Below, in pieces: positions 9,357-19,347 of a DNA stretch of 64,000 nt. The notes below the pieces were generated by a model. It had not been told where the DNA came from. It worked only from the letters and a program-made list of their open reading frames with translations, and did not search any database. The translations under genes were made by a program, and so were the position numbers. Source of the stretch: Myxococcota bacterium (lineage in GTDB: Bacteria; Myxococcota_A; UBA9042; PHBI01; JAWLBL01); the NCBI GenBank assembly GCA_041687695.1, contig JAWLBL010000013.1, forward strand, positions 96,001-160,000, given 5' to 3'. The first letter of the stretch is position 1, and each line of letters starts with the position of its first letter.

Positions 9357-11110
9357 GCGACGGAGGGGCGCGCCAGGCCGGAGCCGGTGCGCCGGGACTG
9401 CGAGCGCTGCCTGGCCACGGCGACCGCTTCGTCGAGGGAGGCGCACAGGCGCAGGCGCCCCGGGCGGTCCGTCACGCCCGCCTTGGCGAGCACGCGCGCT
9501 GGCTGAGGCTGCAGGCCAGCGAGGATCACCTTGGTGCTCGAGGCCGCGAGGCGCTCGAGCAGGCTGACGAGGTTGACGAGGCCGGTCGCGTCGATGGCGG
9601 GGACCGCGCGGAGGTCGAGCACGAGACAGCGGGGGCCGCCGCCGACGACCGCGAGCTCGCCCATCGCCTTCTGGGCCGCCCCGAAGAACAGGGGCCCGGC
9701 AATGGCGTAGACCATGACGTCGTCCGGCAGGTCCGCGACGGCGGGGTCGGCGTCGCGCCCCTCGGTGAGCAGGCGCACCTCGAAGACCTCGACCATGCGG
9801 CGCATGAAGAGCAGCGCGGCCAGGAGGACGCCGGCGGAGACGGCGACCACCATGTCGAAGGCGACGGTCAGGCCGAAGCAGGTCAGCAGCACGAGCACGT
9901 CGCTGCGGGGGGCGATGCGGGCGACGTGGACGAAGTGACGCACCTCGCTCATGTTCCACGCGACGACCAGCAGCAGGGCGGCGAGGGACGCCATCGGCAG
10001 GGCGCCCAGCAGCGGGGCGAGGGCCAGGATGGTGACGAGGACGAATAGGGCGTGGACGACGGCGGCCACGGGCGAGCGGGCGCCCGCGCGGACGTTGGTG
10101 GCGGTGCGGGCGAGGGCGCCGGTCGAGGCGAAGCCGCCGAAGAAGGGGGCGAGCAGGTTGCCGGCGCCCTGGGCGACCAGCTCGGCGTCGGGGTCGTGGG
10201 CGTCGCCCGTGAGGCCGTCGGCGATGACCGCGGACAGGAGCGACTCGATGGCGCCCAACATGGCGATGGCGAAGGCCGGGACCGCGAGGGCGCGCACGAG
10301 GTCGAAGGACAGCCCGAGGGGGCGGCCGTCGGGCCCGGGCAGGTCCCAGGGCAGGGCGAAGGCGGGCGCGGCCTGCGGGATGCCGCCGAAGCGGCTCTCG
10401 ATGGTGGCGACGTGGAAGCCGGGCAGGGTGCCGGCGAGGGCCTCGGCGGCCAGCGCGGCGAGGGCCAGGGCCACCAGCGGCGCCGGGACGCGCCGGCTGA
10501 CCCGGGGCCACAGGATGAGCAGCGCCAGGGTGCCGAGGCCGATGGACAGGTCCTCCCATCGGGTGGTCGGCAGCGCGGTGACGACGGCGGAGATGCGCTC
10601 GGCGAAGTGCTCGGCGCCCGACGGCAGGGTCAGGCCCAGCAGATCTTCGAGCTGCAGGCTGGCGATGACGACCGCGATGCCGGTCGTGAAGCCGGTGACG
10701 ACCGGATGCGGGATGAGCTGGATGAGGCGGCCGAGGCGGGCGGCCCCCATCAGCATCAGGATGACGCCGGCCATGGCGCTGGCGACGGCGAGGCCGCCCA
10801 GGCCGTAGACCGAGGTGATGGGCGCGAGCACGACGACGAAGGCCGCCGTGGGGCCGGAGACCTGGACGCGCGAGCCGCCCAGCAGGGCCGTGACGACGCC
10901 GGCGACCACGGCGGTGTACAGGCCGTACTGGGGCGCGACGCCGGTGGCGACGGCGAGGGCCATCGACAGGGGCAGGGCGACAAGGCCGACCACCAGGCCC
11001 GCGAGCGCGTCGGCGCGGAGGTCGGACGGGCCGTAGCCTCGGGCGAAGGAATCGCGCAGGGCGGCGAAGAGCCGCACGCGCGGCGCGATCGGGAGGGATG
11101 GGATGTTCAC
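9353..11110 (-). CDS. dauA: SulP/SLC26 anion transporter with STAS domain (DauA-like)
   Basis: GLVALPLSMALA, GLYTA, SGPTAAF, AMLGAIESLL, GPLFFGAA, IDATG. Confidence 0.85.
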   Translation of the reverse strand: MNIPSLPIAPRVRLFAALRDSFARGYGPSDLRADALAGLVVGLVALPLSMALAVATGVAPQYGLYTAVVAGVVTALLGGSRVQVSGPTAAFVVVLAPITSVYGLGGLAVASAMAGVILMLMGAARLGRLIQLIPHPVVTGFTTGIAVVIASLQLEDLLGLTLPSGAEHFAERISAVVTALPTTRWEDLSIGLGTLALLILWPRVSRRVPAPLVALALAALAAEALAGTLPGFHVATIESRFGGIPQAAPAFALPWDLPGPDGRPLGLSFDLVRALAVPAFAIAMLGAIESLLSAVIADGLTGDAHDPDAELVAQGAGNLLAPFFGGFASTGALARTATNVRAGARSPVAAVVHALFVLVTILALAPLLGALPMASLAALLLVVAWNMSEVRHFVHVARIAPRSDVLVLLTCFGLTVAFDMVVAVSAGVLLAALLFMRRMVEVFEVRLLTEGRDADPAVADLPDDVMVYAIAGPLFFGAAQKAMGELAVVGGGPRCLVLDLRAVPAIDATGLVNLVSLLERLAASSTKVILAGLQPQPARVLAKAGVTDRPGRLRLCASLDEAVAVARQRSQSRRTGSGLARPSVA

Positions 11111-11177
11111 GGAGCCACCTTCGGTGCAGCCGTGAGCTACACCTGCGGGCGGAAGGTGCGCCTTTGGGCGCCGAGAC

Positions 11178-11924
11178 TCAAGCCCGAGGTGGCGCGACCG
11201 CCAAGGCGGCGTGCAGATCGAGCGAGCCGTCGTAGAGCGCGCGGCCGACGACGACGCCGGCGATGAGCGGGGCGTGGGCGGCGAGGGCGGTGACGTGGCC
11301 CAGGTCGTGGACGCCGCCCGAGGCGAGGACGGGGACGCCGGCGGCGCGCGCGACCTCGAGGGTGGCCTCGACGTTGGGGCCGCGTCCGGTGCCGTCGCGC
11401 GCGATGTCGGTGTAGACGAGGCCGGCGACCCCGCGGGCGGCCATGGCGCGGGCCAGGTCGGCCGGGGCGGCGTCGGTGGTCTCGAGCCAGCCGGAGATGG
11501 CCACGCGGCCGCCGCGCGCGTCGACGCCGACGAGGACGCGGCCGGGCCAGCGGGCGGCGGCGGCGGTGACGAGGTCGGGGTCGCGCAGGGCGACGGTGCC
11601 CAGGATGACCCAGTGAGCGCCCGCGTCGTCCAAGCAGGCCGAGAGCGTGGCCATGTCGCGCAGGCCGCCGCCGACCTGGACCGGGACGCCGAGGGCGGCG
11701 ACGGCGCGGACGACGTCGACGTGTCGCGGGGCGCCGTCGCGGGCGCCGTCGAGGTCGACCAGGTGCAGGCGGCGGGCGCCGGCGGCGACGAAGCGGCGGG
11801 CGACCTCGACCGGGTCGTCGCTGAAGACGGTCTCGCGGTCGAAGTCGCCCTCGACCAGGCGGACGGCGCGGCCGCCGCGGAGATCGATGGCGGGGACGAC
11901 GGTGAAGGCGGCGGCGTCGGTCAC
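11178..11924 (-). CDS. hisA: ProFAR isomerase
   Basis: VPAIDLRGGRAVRL, LHLVDLDGA, QVGGGLR, YTDIARDG, ASGGV, GRALY. Confidence 0.95.
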   Translation of the reverse strand: MTDAAAFTVVPAIDLRGGRAVRLVEGDFDRETVFSDDPVEVARRFVAAGARRLHLVDLDGARDGAPRHVDVVRAVAALGVPVQVGGGLRDMATLSACLDDAGAHWVILGTVALRDPDLVTAAAARWPGRVLVGVDARGGRVAISGWLETTDAAPADLARAMAARGVAGLVYTDIARDGTGRGPNVEATLEVARAAGVPVLASGGVHDLGHVTALAAHAPLIAGVVVGRALYDGSLDLHAALAVAPPRA

Positions 11925-11931
11925 GGGGCGC

Positions 11932-12579
11932 TCACAGGGTGAGGAAGCGGCGCAGGAGGTCGTGCCCGGCGGCCTGGCTCTTCTCGGGGTGGAACTGGAC
12001 GGCGACGGTCGCGTCCCGGGCGTAGCCGGCGCAGAAGGTGACGCCGTGGGTGGCCTGCAGGGCGACGTCCTCGTCGCGGTCGGGGCGGCAGGTGTAGCTG
12101 TGGACGAAGTAGAACCAGGCGGCCGGGCCGCCAGCGCGCAGGCCGTCCCAGACGGGGTGCAGGCCGGCGGGGTGGACCTGGCTCCAGCCCATGTGCGGGA
12201 CCTTGAGGCGGCGCCCCTCGGCGTCGTGGAGATCCGGCGGGAAGCGGACCACGCGGCCGGGGACCAGGCCCAGGCCGGCGGTCGGGCCGTGCTCGTCGCT
12301 CTCGTCGAAGAGGATCTGCAGGCCCAGGCACAGGCCCAGGTAGGGGCGGCCGGACGCGACGTGGGCGCGGACCAGGTCGTCGAGGCCGGCGGCGGTCAGG
12401 CGCTGCATGCACTCGGCGAAGGCGCCCTGACCGGGGACGACGAGGCGATCGGCGCCGGCGGCCTCGGCGGCGGTGCTGGCGAAGCGCACGGTGGCGCCGG
12501 CCGCCTCCAGCGCGCGCTGCACGCTGCGGAGGTTGCCCATGCCATAGTCGAGGAGGGTGACCGCGCGGGTCGTCGTCAT
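11932..12579 (-). CDS. hisH: Imidazole glycerol phosphate synthase glutaminase subunit
   Basis: DYGMGNLRSV, PGQG, GLCLGLQ, VPHMGW, YFVHSY, QFHPEKS. Confidence 0.95.
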   Translation of the reverse strand: MTTTRAVTLLDYGMGNLRSVQRALEAAGATVRFASTAAEAAGADRLVVPGQGAFAECMQRLTAAGLDDLVRAHVASGRPYLGLCLGLQILFDESDEHGPTAGLGLVPGRVVRFPPDLHDAEGRRLKVPHMGWSQVHPAGLHPVWDGLRAGGPAAWFYFVHSYTCRPDRDEDVALQATHGVTFCAGYARDATVAVQFHPEKSQAAGHDLLRRFLTL

Positions 12580-12602
12580 GGAGGGGCTCGGGGGGCGGGG
12601 GC

Positions 12603-12968
12603 TCAGGCGCGGGCGTCGTCGGCGTCGTCGGCGTCGACGAAGGCGCGGATGGCGGCGCGGGTGGCGTCGTCGAGCTCGCCGAAGGCGATGCCCAGGCCGA
12701 GCTGCCCGCGGCGGGCGTCGACGCGGACGACGCGGCCGACGGTGCGCACCGGGTGGCCGCCGGGGAGCGTGAACTCGAGCTCGAGGCGGGCGTCACCGTC
12801 GATGACGCGGCGGTCGTCGTCGGTCGCGAGGATGTAGATGCCGTCGTGGCTGAGGTTGATGGCCGGATGCAGGTAGGTGCGGTCGGCCCAGATCTCCTGA
12901 ACGAACAGATCGACGGGGCGGCGGCGGCTGCGGCGCCGTTCGTCCGTCGTGTTCGGGGGGCTGCTCAT
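12603..12968 (-). CDS. Stand-alone PilZ-domain protein
   Basis: ERRRSRR (RxxxR) and NLSHDG (D/NxSxxG), GIAF. Confidence 0.8.
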   Translation of the reverse strand: MSSPPNTTDERRRSRRRPVDLFVQEIWADRTYLHPAINLSHDGIYILATDDDRRVIDGDARLELEFTLPGGHPVRTVGRVVRVDARRGQLGLGIAFGELDDATRAAIRAFVDADDADDARA

Positions 12969-13016
12969 CGCGGCTGAACCTCGGGTCGAGAGCGCGTCGA
13001 CAAGGACGAGGCGGCG

Positions 13017-13046
13017 AGACTAGGGAGCCCGCCTCGGGCGTGTCAA
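13017..13046 (-). promoter_or_regulatory. Sigma70-type promoter for pilZ-hisH-hisA-dauA
   Basis: TTGACA-N18-TAGTCT on minus strand. Confidence 0.6.
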
Positions 13047-13068
13047 GGTTGGCGGAAGGCGGCCGGGC

Positions 13069-14232
13069 TCAGGCGGCGAGGCCTTGCTCGAGGTCGGCGA
13101 GGAGGTCGTCGACGTCCTCGATGCCGACGGAGAGGCGGACGAGGCCGTCGCTGATGCCGAGCGCCTCGCGCTGGGCGGGCGGGATCGCGGCGTGGGTCAT
13201 GATGGCCGGGTGCTCGATGAGCGACTCGACGCCGCCCAGGCTCTCGGCGCAGGCGAACAGGCGGGTGCGCTCGAGCAGGCGGGTCGCGGCGGGCAGGCCG
13301 CCGGCGAGGACGCAGGTGATCATGCCGCCGAAGCCGCGCATCTGGCGGCGGGCGAGGTCGTGCTGGGGGTGGCTGGGCAGACCGGGATAGATGACGCGCT
13401 CGACGGCGGGGTGGGCCTCGAGCCACGCGGCGATGCGGGCGGCGCTCTGGCAGTGGCGCTCCATCCGGACGTGCAGCGTCTTGAGGCCGCGCAGGGTCAA
13501 GAAGCAGTCGAGCGGCCCGGGGACGGCGCCGACCGCGTTCTGCAGGTAGGCGAGGCGCTGGGCGAGGGCGTCGTCGCTGGTGACGATGGCGCCGCCGACC
13601 ACGTCGCTGTGGCCGTTGAGGTACTTGGTGGTCGAGTGGACGACGACGTCGGCGCCGAGGGCCAGCGGGGACTGCAGCATCGGCGAGGCGAAGGTGTTGT
13701 CGACGACCAGCGTCAGGCCAAGGGCTCGCGTGCGCTCGGCGATGGCGGCGATGTCGGCGAGCTTGAGCAGCGGGTTGGTCGGCGTCTCGAGCCAGACCAT
13801 GCGGGTGCTGGGTCGGTGGGCGCGGCGGACGGCGTCGGGGTCGGAGAGGTCGACGAAGTCGAAGGTCAGGCCGCTGTTGGACCAGACGTTGGCGAAGAGG
13901 CGATAGGTGCCGCCGTAGACGTCGTCGCCGCAGATGACGTGGTCGCCGGCCGCGAGCGTGTGCATCAGGGTCGAGGTCGCGGCGCAGCCGCTGGCGAAGG
14001 CGAGGCCGTGGCGTCCGCCCTCGAGCGCGGCGAGGCAGTCCTGGAGCGCGGTGCGCGTCGGGTTGCCGGTGCGGCTGTACTCGTAGCCCTTGTGGCGGCC
14101 CGGGCTCTCCTGGACGTAGGTGCTGGTCAGGTAGACCGGCGTCATGATGGCGCCCGTGGTCGGATCGGGGGCCTGGCCCGCGTGAATGGCCAGGGTGCCA
14201 GGGCGGTAGCGGGTCTCGTCGTGCTGCGACAT
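13069..14232 (-). CDS. metB: Cystathionine gamma-synthase/gamma-lyase (Cys/Met PLP family)
   Basis: YEYSRTGNPT, ETPTNP, VDNTFASP, HSTTKYLNGHSD, ESLGGVESL, VRLSVGIE. Confidence 0.88.
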   Translation of the reverse strand: MSQHDETRYRPGTLAIHAGQAPDPTTGAIMTPVYLTSTYVQESPGRHKGYEYSRTGNPTRTALQDCLAALEGGRHGLAFASGCAATSTLMHTLAAGDHVICGDDVYGGTYRLFANVWSNSGLTFDFVDLSDPDAVRRAHRPSTRMVWLETPTNPLLKLADIAAIAERTRALGLTLVVDNTFASPMLQSPLALGADVVVHSTTKYLNGHSDVVGGAIVTSDDALAQRLAYLQNAVGAVPGPLDCFLTLRGLKTLHVRMERHCQSAARIAAWLEAHPAVERVIYPGLPSHPQHDLARRQMRGFGGMITCVLAGGLPAATRLLERTRLFACAESLGGVESLIEHPAIMTHAAIPPAQREALGISDGLVRLSVGIEDVDDLLADLEQGLAA

Positions 14233-14369
14233 CGGGGGGGCTCCTCGTCCTCGGGGTCCGGCCGCATGCCCTATCCCGCGCCGCCCGCGAGGTCAATCGT
14301 CGCGGCGCGCGCCGTGTCGGCAGGCCGCGCCCCGTGCCGCCGCGCCCGCAGAGCCTCGCCTCCGATGGA

Positions 14370-14398
14370 TTGACACGCCTCCGGGCGCGTTCTACACC
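14370..14398 (+). promoter_or_regulatory. Sigma70-type promoter for lipoprotein-ABC operon
   Basis: TTGACA-N17-TACACC; a divergent TTGACC-N17-TAGGGC faces metB. Confidence 0.5.
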
Positions 14399-14547
14399 GC
14401 CCGGGACTCCCGAACCCCTCGCCCCGCACCCGCACCGGAGCCTCGCTCATCGCCCGCTGCATCGCCTCGAGCGCCTCGCCGCGCCGCACCAACCCCGCCG
14501 CCTCGCGCCGATCGCCGCGCTGGCGCGCCGTCGCCCTGGCCGTCGCG

Positions 14548-16110
14548 GTGATGGTCCTCGCCCAGCTGTTGGCCGCCTGCGCCGCCTGCGAGCAGCGCGG
14601 CGGCGACCCGACGCGCGTCGTCCCCGCCGACGCCCGCTGGGTCACCGTCGTCCCCAGCATCGCGCGGCTGCGCGAGCGCCTGACGCGCTTTCTGGCGGGC
14701 GTCGAGGGCGCCAGCGGCGTCATCGACCTCGTGCGCGAGCGCTACGGCGTCGATCTGGGCGACCTCGAGGCGCTCGGGCTGGTCGGCGTCGACACGCGCG
14801 GCGGCGCCGTGTTCTTCGAGACCGAGCAGGCCTTCGTCGTGGCGGTCGGCGTCTCGGGCCCCGAGCGCTTCCTGCAGCTGGTCGAGACCCGCGCCGTCAA
14901 GGGCGGCGGGGCGACGATCACCTCGGCCGGTGGCGAGCCCGCGGTCCAGGTCGCGACGGCCCCCGCGGCGGAACCCGACGCGGCGCCGGCCTGGCGCCTC
15001 GCCTATGGCATCACCGGCGACGCCGTCGGCCTGCTGGTCTTCGCCTCGGACGAGCAGGTCGACCCGCAGGCCCAGTGGCGCGCCCTCGACGCCGGCCAGG
15101 GCGGCTTCCTGGGGACGCCGTCGGCCCAACAGGCCGCGCAGCGGGCCACCGAAGACGCCGTGGCCTGGGGCGTCGTCACGGGCGCGCCACGCCTGCCGGC
15201 CGCGCTCGGGCAGGCCGCCAGCCTGGTCGGCCCCTACCTCGCCGGCCTCGACACCTGGACCGGCGTCGCCACCCTGACCCCCGAGCGCCTCGCCCTCGAG
15301 GTGGACGGACGCTTCTCGGGTCAGGGCAGCCTGCCGTCCGGCTGGTTCCGATCGGACGGGGCGCCTTCGACGTTGCCGGCCCTGTTTCCCAAGACCACCA
15401 CCGTCTACCTGCGCGCCGCCCCCGAGCTGGCCCGCCTGCAGGCCCTGCCGGGCTGGCTGCGCGACCGCGTCCTGCCGCCCGCCATCCCGGGCATCGACCC
15501 GAACCTGCTGCCGCCCACCTCGCAGCTGCTCGACCTCCTGCAAGGGGACATGGCCCTGGCGGTGCTGGGGCTCGACCCCGGCGCGACCGTCACGCGCATC
15601 GTCTCGCCCAACCTGCCGCTGTGGGCGCTCCTGCAGTCGGTGCACGTCGCGGTCGCCGCGCGGCTGCGCTCGCCGCAGGCCGGCCTGGCCATGGTGCAGG
15701 AGGTCGCGCAGACCGCCCCGACCCGCGGCTTCGCGGTGGCCCCGCTCGCGGGCGGCGGCTGGACGGGGGCCACCTTCACGTCGCGCGCGGGCACCTACGG
15801 GCTCCTCGTGCGCGGGGACGTCCTGGTGCTGGTCACGGGCGCCGGAGAGGCCGAACGCTTCATCGCCGTCGGCGAGGAGCAGGCCGTGAGCCTGGCCACC
15901 CTGGGGGGCGAGCCGGCGGTGGACGCCGCGCTGGGCCTGTCGCCGGCGACCGCGGGGGCCGTCGTCAGCTTCACCCGCGTGACGCGCGAGCTGGCGGACA
16001 AGGGCGTCCCGCCGTACTTCCTGAAGATCATCAACGACATCCGGGTCGTCGCCGCCGTGCTGCGGCTGCGCGGCGAGGGCCTGACGGTGACCCTGGACGT
16101 GGCGCTGTGA
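14548..16110 (+). CDS. Putative lipoprotein, first gene of ABC operon (true start probably upstream)
   Basis: LAQLLAACAAC lipobox-like; GTGA overlap with the next gene. Confidence 0.75.
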   Translation: MMVLAQLLAACAACEQRGGDPTRVVPADARWVTVVPSIARLRERLTRFLAGVEGASGVIDLVRERYGVDLGDLEALGLVGVDTRGGAVFFETEQAFVVAVGVSGPERFLQLVETRAVKGGGATITSAGGEPAVQVATAPAAEPDAAPAWRLAYGITGDAVGLLVFASDEQVDPQAQWRALDAGQGGFLGTPSAQQAAQRATEDAVAWGVVTGAPRLPAALGQAASLVGPYLAGLDTWTGVATLTPERLALEVDGRFSGQGSLPSGWFRSDGAPSTLPALFPKTTTVYLRAAPELARLQALPGWLRDRVLPPAIPGIDPNLLPPTSQLLDLLQGDMALAVLGLDPGATVTRIVSPNLPLWALLQSVHVAVAARLRSPQAGLAMVQEVAQTAPTRGFAVAPLAGGGWTGATFTSRAGTYGLLVRGDVLVLVTGAGEAERFIAVGEEQAVSLATLGGEPAVDAALGLSPATAGAVVSFTRVTRELADKGVPPYFLKIINDIRVVAAVLRLRGEGLTVTLDVAL

Positions 16111-16814
16111 TCCGGCTGACGGACGTCCACAAGCACTACCGCGAGGGCTCGCAGGACAACCACGTCCTGCGCGGGGTCGGCTTCGAGATCGAGCAGGGCG
16201 AGATGGTGGCCCTGATGGGCACCAGCGGCAGCGGCAAGTCGACGCTGCTCAACATCATCGGCGCCCTCGACCAGCACTACACCGGCCGGGTCGAGGTGTG
16301 CGGCCAGGATCTGCGGGCGATGAAGGACAAGGCGCTCAGCCGGTTCCGCAACCGCACGGTCTCGTTCGTCTTCCAGCACTTCCACCTGCTCAGCCACCTG
16401 CCGGTGGTCGACAACGTGTTGATGCCCAGCTGGTTCGATCCGCAGCGCAGCGAGCGCGATCTGTCGGTCAAGGCGGCGGAGGTGCTCGAGCGCGTGGGCC
16501 TCGGCCACAAGCTGCGCCAGCACACCAACCACCTGTCCGGCGGCGAGAAGCAGCGCGTCGCCATCGCGCGCGCCATCTTCAACGAGCCGCGCATCCTCCT
16601 GTGCGACGAGCCCACCGGCGCCCTCGACAGCGCCAACGGCGCGCGGGTCATGGAGCTGTTCCGGGACCTCAACGCGCAGGACCAGCTGACCGTGCTCGTC
16701 GTCACCCACGACCCGCTGGTCGCCGGGCAGTGCCAGCGCGTCATCCACATCCGCGACGGCCTCATCGTCCCGGGCCCGGACCCCTCGATGCAGCCCGATC
16801 CGGAGGCCGTCTGA
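16107..16814 (+). CDS. ABC transporter ATP-binding protein (LolD/MacB type)
   Basis: GTSGSGKST, LSGGEKQRVAIARA, LLCDEPTGALD, VTHD. Confidence 0.93.
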   Translation: MIRLTDVHKHYREGSQDNHVLRGVGFEIEQGEMVALMGTSGSGKSTLLNIIGALDQHYTGRVEVCGQDLRAMKDKALSRFRNRTVSFVFQHFHLLSHLPVVDNVLMPSWFDPQRSERDLSVKAAEVLERVGLGHKLRQHTNHLSGGEKQRVAIARAIFNEPRILLCDEPTGALDSANGARVMELFRDLNAQDQLTVLVVTHDPLVAGQCQRVIHIRDGLIVPGPDPSMQPDPEAV

Positions 16815-18631
16815 TGTCGGCCTGGCGCGTCCTGCTCGTCGTCCTGGGGTCGGTGCGGCGCAACAAGCGCTCGTTCATCCTGGCCAGCATCGGCCTGCTC
16901 GTCGGCGTCGCGACCTTCGTCTTCTTCGTCGCCCTGGGCGAGGGCATCCAGCAGGGCGTCCTCAACCGCATCTACCCGGTCAACCAGATCGAGGTCGAGC
17001 CGAAGACGGTCGGCGTGGTCGGCCTGCGCGAGCGCGTCGTCGACCCGCGCCGCCTCGGCCCCGAGATGGTGCGCGTCCTCGAGCGGCTGCCGGACGTGAC
17101 GAACGTGTACCCCAAGCTGCGCTCGAAGCTGCAGGCGCGGCTGTGGGGCGGCAAGTCGCTGTTCGGCTACGACGCGCGCACCGAGGCGTTCTTCGACGGG
17201 CTCGCCCCCGAGCTGCTCGCCGAGGAGCTGCAGGCCGTCGAGGGCGTGGCCGACAAGCGCGCCCGCGCCGAGCTGCGGCGCGCGGAGGCCTGCGTGCGCG
17301 ACGAGGAGTGCCCGCTGGGTCAGGAGTGCGCGGAGGGCGGGCGCTGCCGGCCCATCGAATACTGGCAGCGCTTTGTCGACCGCGGCCTGGTCGTGCCCTG
17401 CGAGGTCGAGGGGGCGACCGACCGGTGTCCCGCGGACGAGCGCTGCCTCGGGGGGCGGTGCCAGCGCCCGTGCGACGCGACGGGGGGCTGCGCCGAGGGC
17501 GAGCTCTGCGTGGCGGGCGCCTGCGCCGCGGGCTGCCGGGCCGACGCCGACTGCCCGACGGCCTTCGCCTGCGTGCAGGGGGCCGAGGGCGGCCGCTGCG
17601 AGCGCCTGACGTGCACCCTGGGCAACGCCCAGCTCCAGTTCTCCGAGCGGGTCGCCGACCTGCGCGGGAGGCTCCTCGGCCGCTGCGCCAACGCGGTCGC
17701 GCCGGGCGACCCGCTGTGCCAGCCGCTGCCCTGCCCGGGCGAGACCTACTGCGCCGCCCGCAGCGTGGTGAACCCGCAGGGCTGGTGCGAGCCGCCCATC
17801 CCGGTGGTCCTCAGCCCCTTCCTCATCGAGGTCTTCAACTCGTCGGTGGCCGCGTCCCTCGGCCTGCAGCCCATCGACGGCACCGACGCCCTGCTGGGCT
17901 TCCAGTTCCGCGTCCAGCTCGGCGAGAGCTACTTCACCCAGGGCATGCCCGAGGACGTGCAGCAGGTCAAACGCGCCGAGATCGTGGGCTTTTCGAACAA
18001 GGCGCTCGACTTCGGGCTGACCCTGCCCATCGGGTACGTGCGCGCCTTCAACGCCCGCTATCGCGGGCAGGAGGCGGCCCGCACCTACGACACCTTCATC
18101 CTCGAGACCGCCGGCAACGAGGACGTCAGCGGGCTCATCAGCGAGGTCGACGAGCGCGGCTTCACCCTGTCGCGCAAGAGCGAGGACGCGCGCAAGGCCG
18201 CCGATCTCCTGTTCATCCTGACGCTCGTCTTCACGTTCATCAGCCTGGTCATCATGGCCGTCGCGGCCGTGAACATCACCAACACCTTCCTGATGATGGT
18301 CACCGAGCGGCGCTACGAGATCGGCATCATGCGCGCCATCGGCGCCAGCCGCGCCGACATCCGCCGCCTCATCCTGGCCGAGGCCAGCCTGCTGGGCCTG
18401 TTCGGCGGGCTCTTCGGCGTGCTCGCCGCCTGGGGCTTCTCGCGCCTCGTCAACGCCGCCGCGGCGCGCATGCTGGCTGGGATCCCCTTCAAGCCCGACG
18501 ACTTCTTCGCCTTCGAGTGGCCGATGCTGCTCTTCGCGGTCCTGTTCGCCTGGATCTTCTGCCTCATCGGCGCCTTCCTGCCGGCCCGCCGCGCCGCGCG
18601 CCTCGACCCCGCGGTCGTGCTGACCTCGTGA
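16814..18631 (+). CDS. MacB/FtsX-family ABC permease with Cys-rich periplasmic insertion
   Basis: N-terminal TM; NITNTFLMMVTERRYEIGIMRAIGA; PARRAARLDP; TGATG coupling. Confidence 0.9.
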   Translation: MSAWRVLLVVLGSVRRNKRSFILASIGLLVGVATFVFFVALGEGIQQGVLNRIYPVNQIEVEPKTVGVVGLRERVVDPRRLGPEMVRVLERLPDVTNVYPKLRSKLQARLWGGKSLFGYDARTEAFFDGLAPELLAEELQAVEGVADKRARAELRRAEACVRDEECPLGQECAEGGRCRPIEYWQRFVDRGLVVPCEVEGATDRCPADERCLGGRCQRPCDATGGCAEGELCVAGACAAGCRADADCPTAFACVQGAEGGRCERLTCTLGNAQLQFSERVADLRGRLLGRCANAVAPGDPLCQPLPCPGETYCAARSVVNPQGWCEPPIPVVLSPFLIEVFNSSVAASLGLQPIDGTDALLGFQFRVQLGESYFTQGMPEDVQQVKRAEIVGFSNKALDFGLTLPIGYVRAFNARYRGQEAARTYDTFILETAGNEDVSGLISEVDERGFTLSRKSEDARKAADLLFILTLVFTFISLVIMAVAAVNITNTFLMMVTERRYEIGIMRAIGASRADIRRLILAEASLLGLFGGLFGVLAAWGFSRLVNAAAARMLAGIPFKPDDFFAFEWPMLLFAVLFAWIFCLIGAFLPARRAARLDPAVVLTS

Positions 18632-18780
18632 CCCGGCGCCCGTCGGTGTAGACCCCAGCGGGTCGGCAGGGTAGATAGGGGCGGCGGTACGCGGGGTCGG
18701 GTGCCGCGGCCGCGCGCGAGGTGGCGTCGCGGCCTCGCGTGCCAGCGCTTTGCCTCGTCATCCCCCCAGGGAGCCCGTCC

Positions 18781-19311
<531 letters not shown>

Positions 19312-19347
19312 CGGCGCCGCCCCGCGACGGCACGGGCGGCGCGCCTG

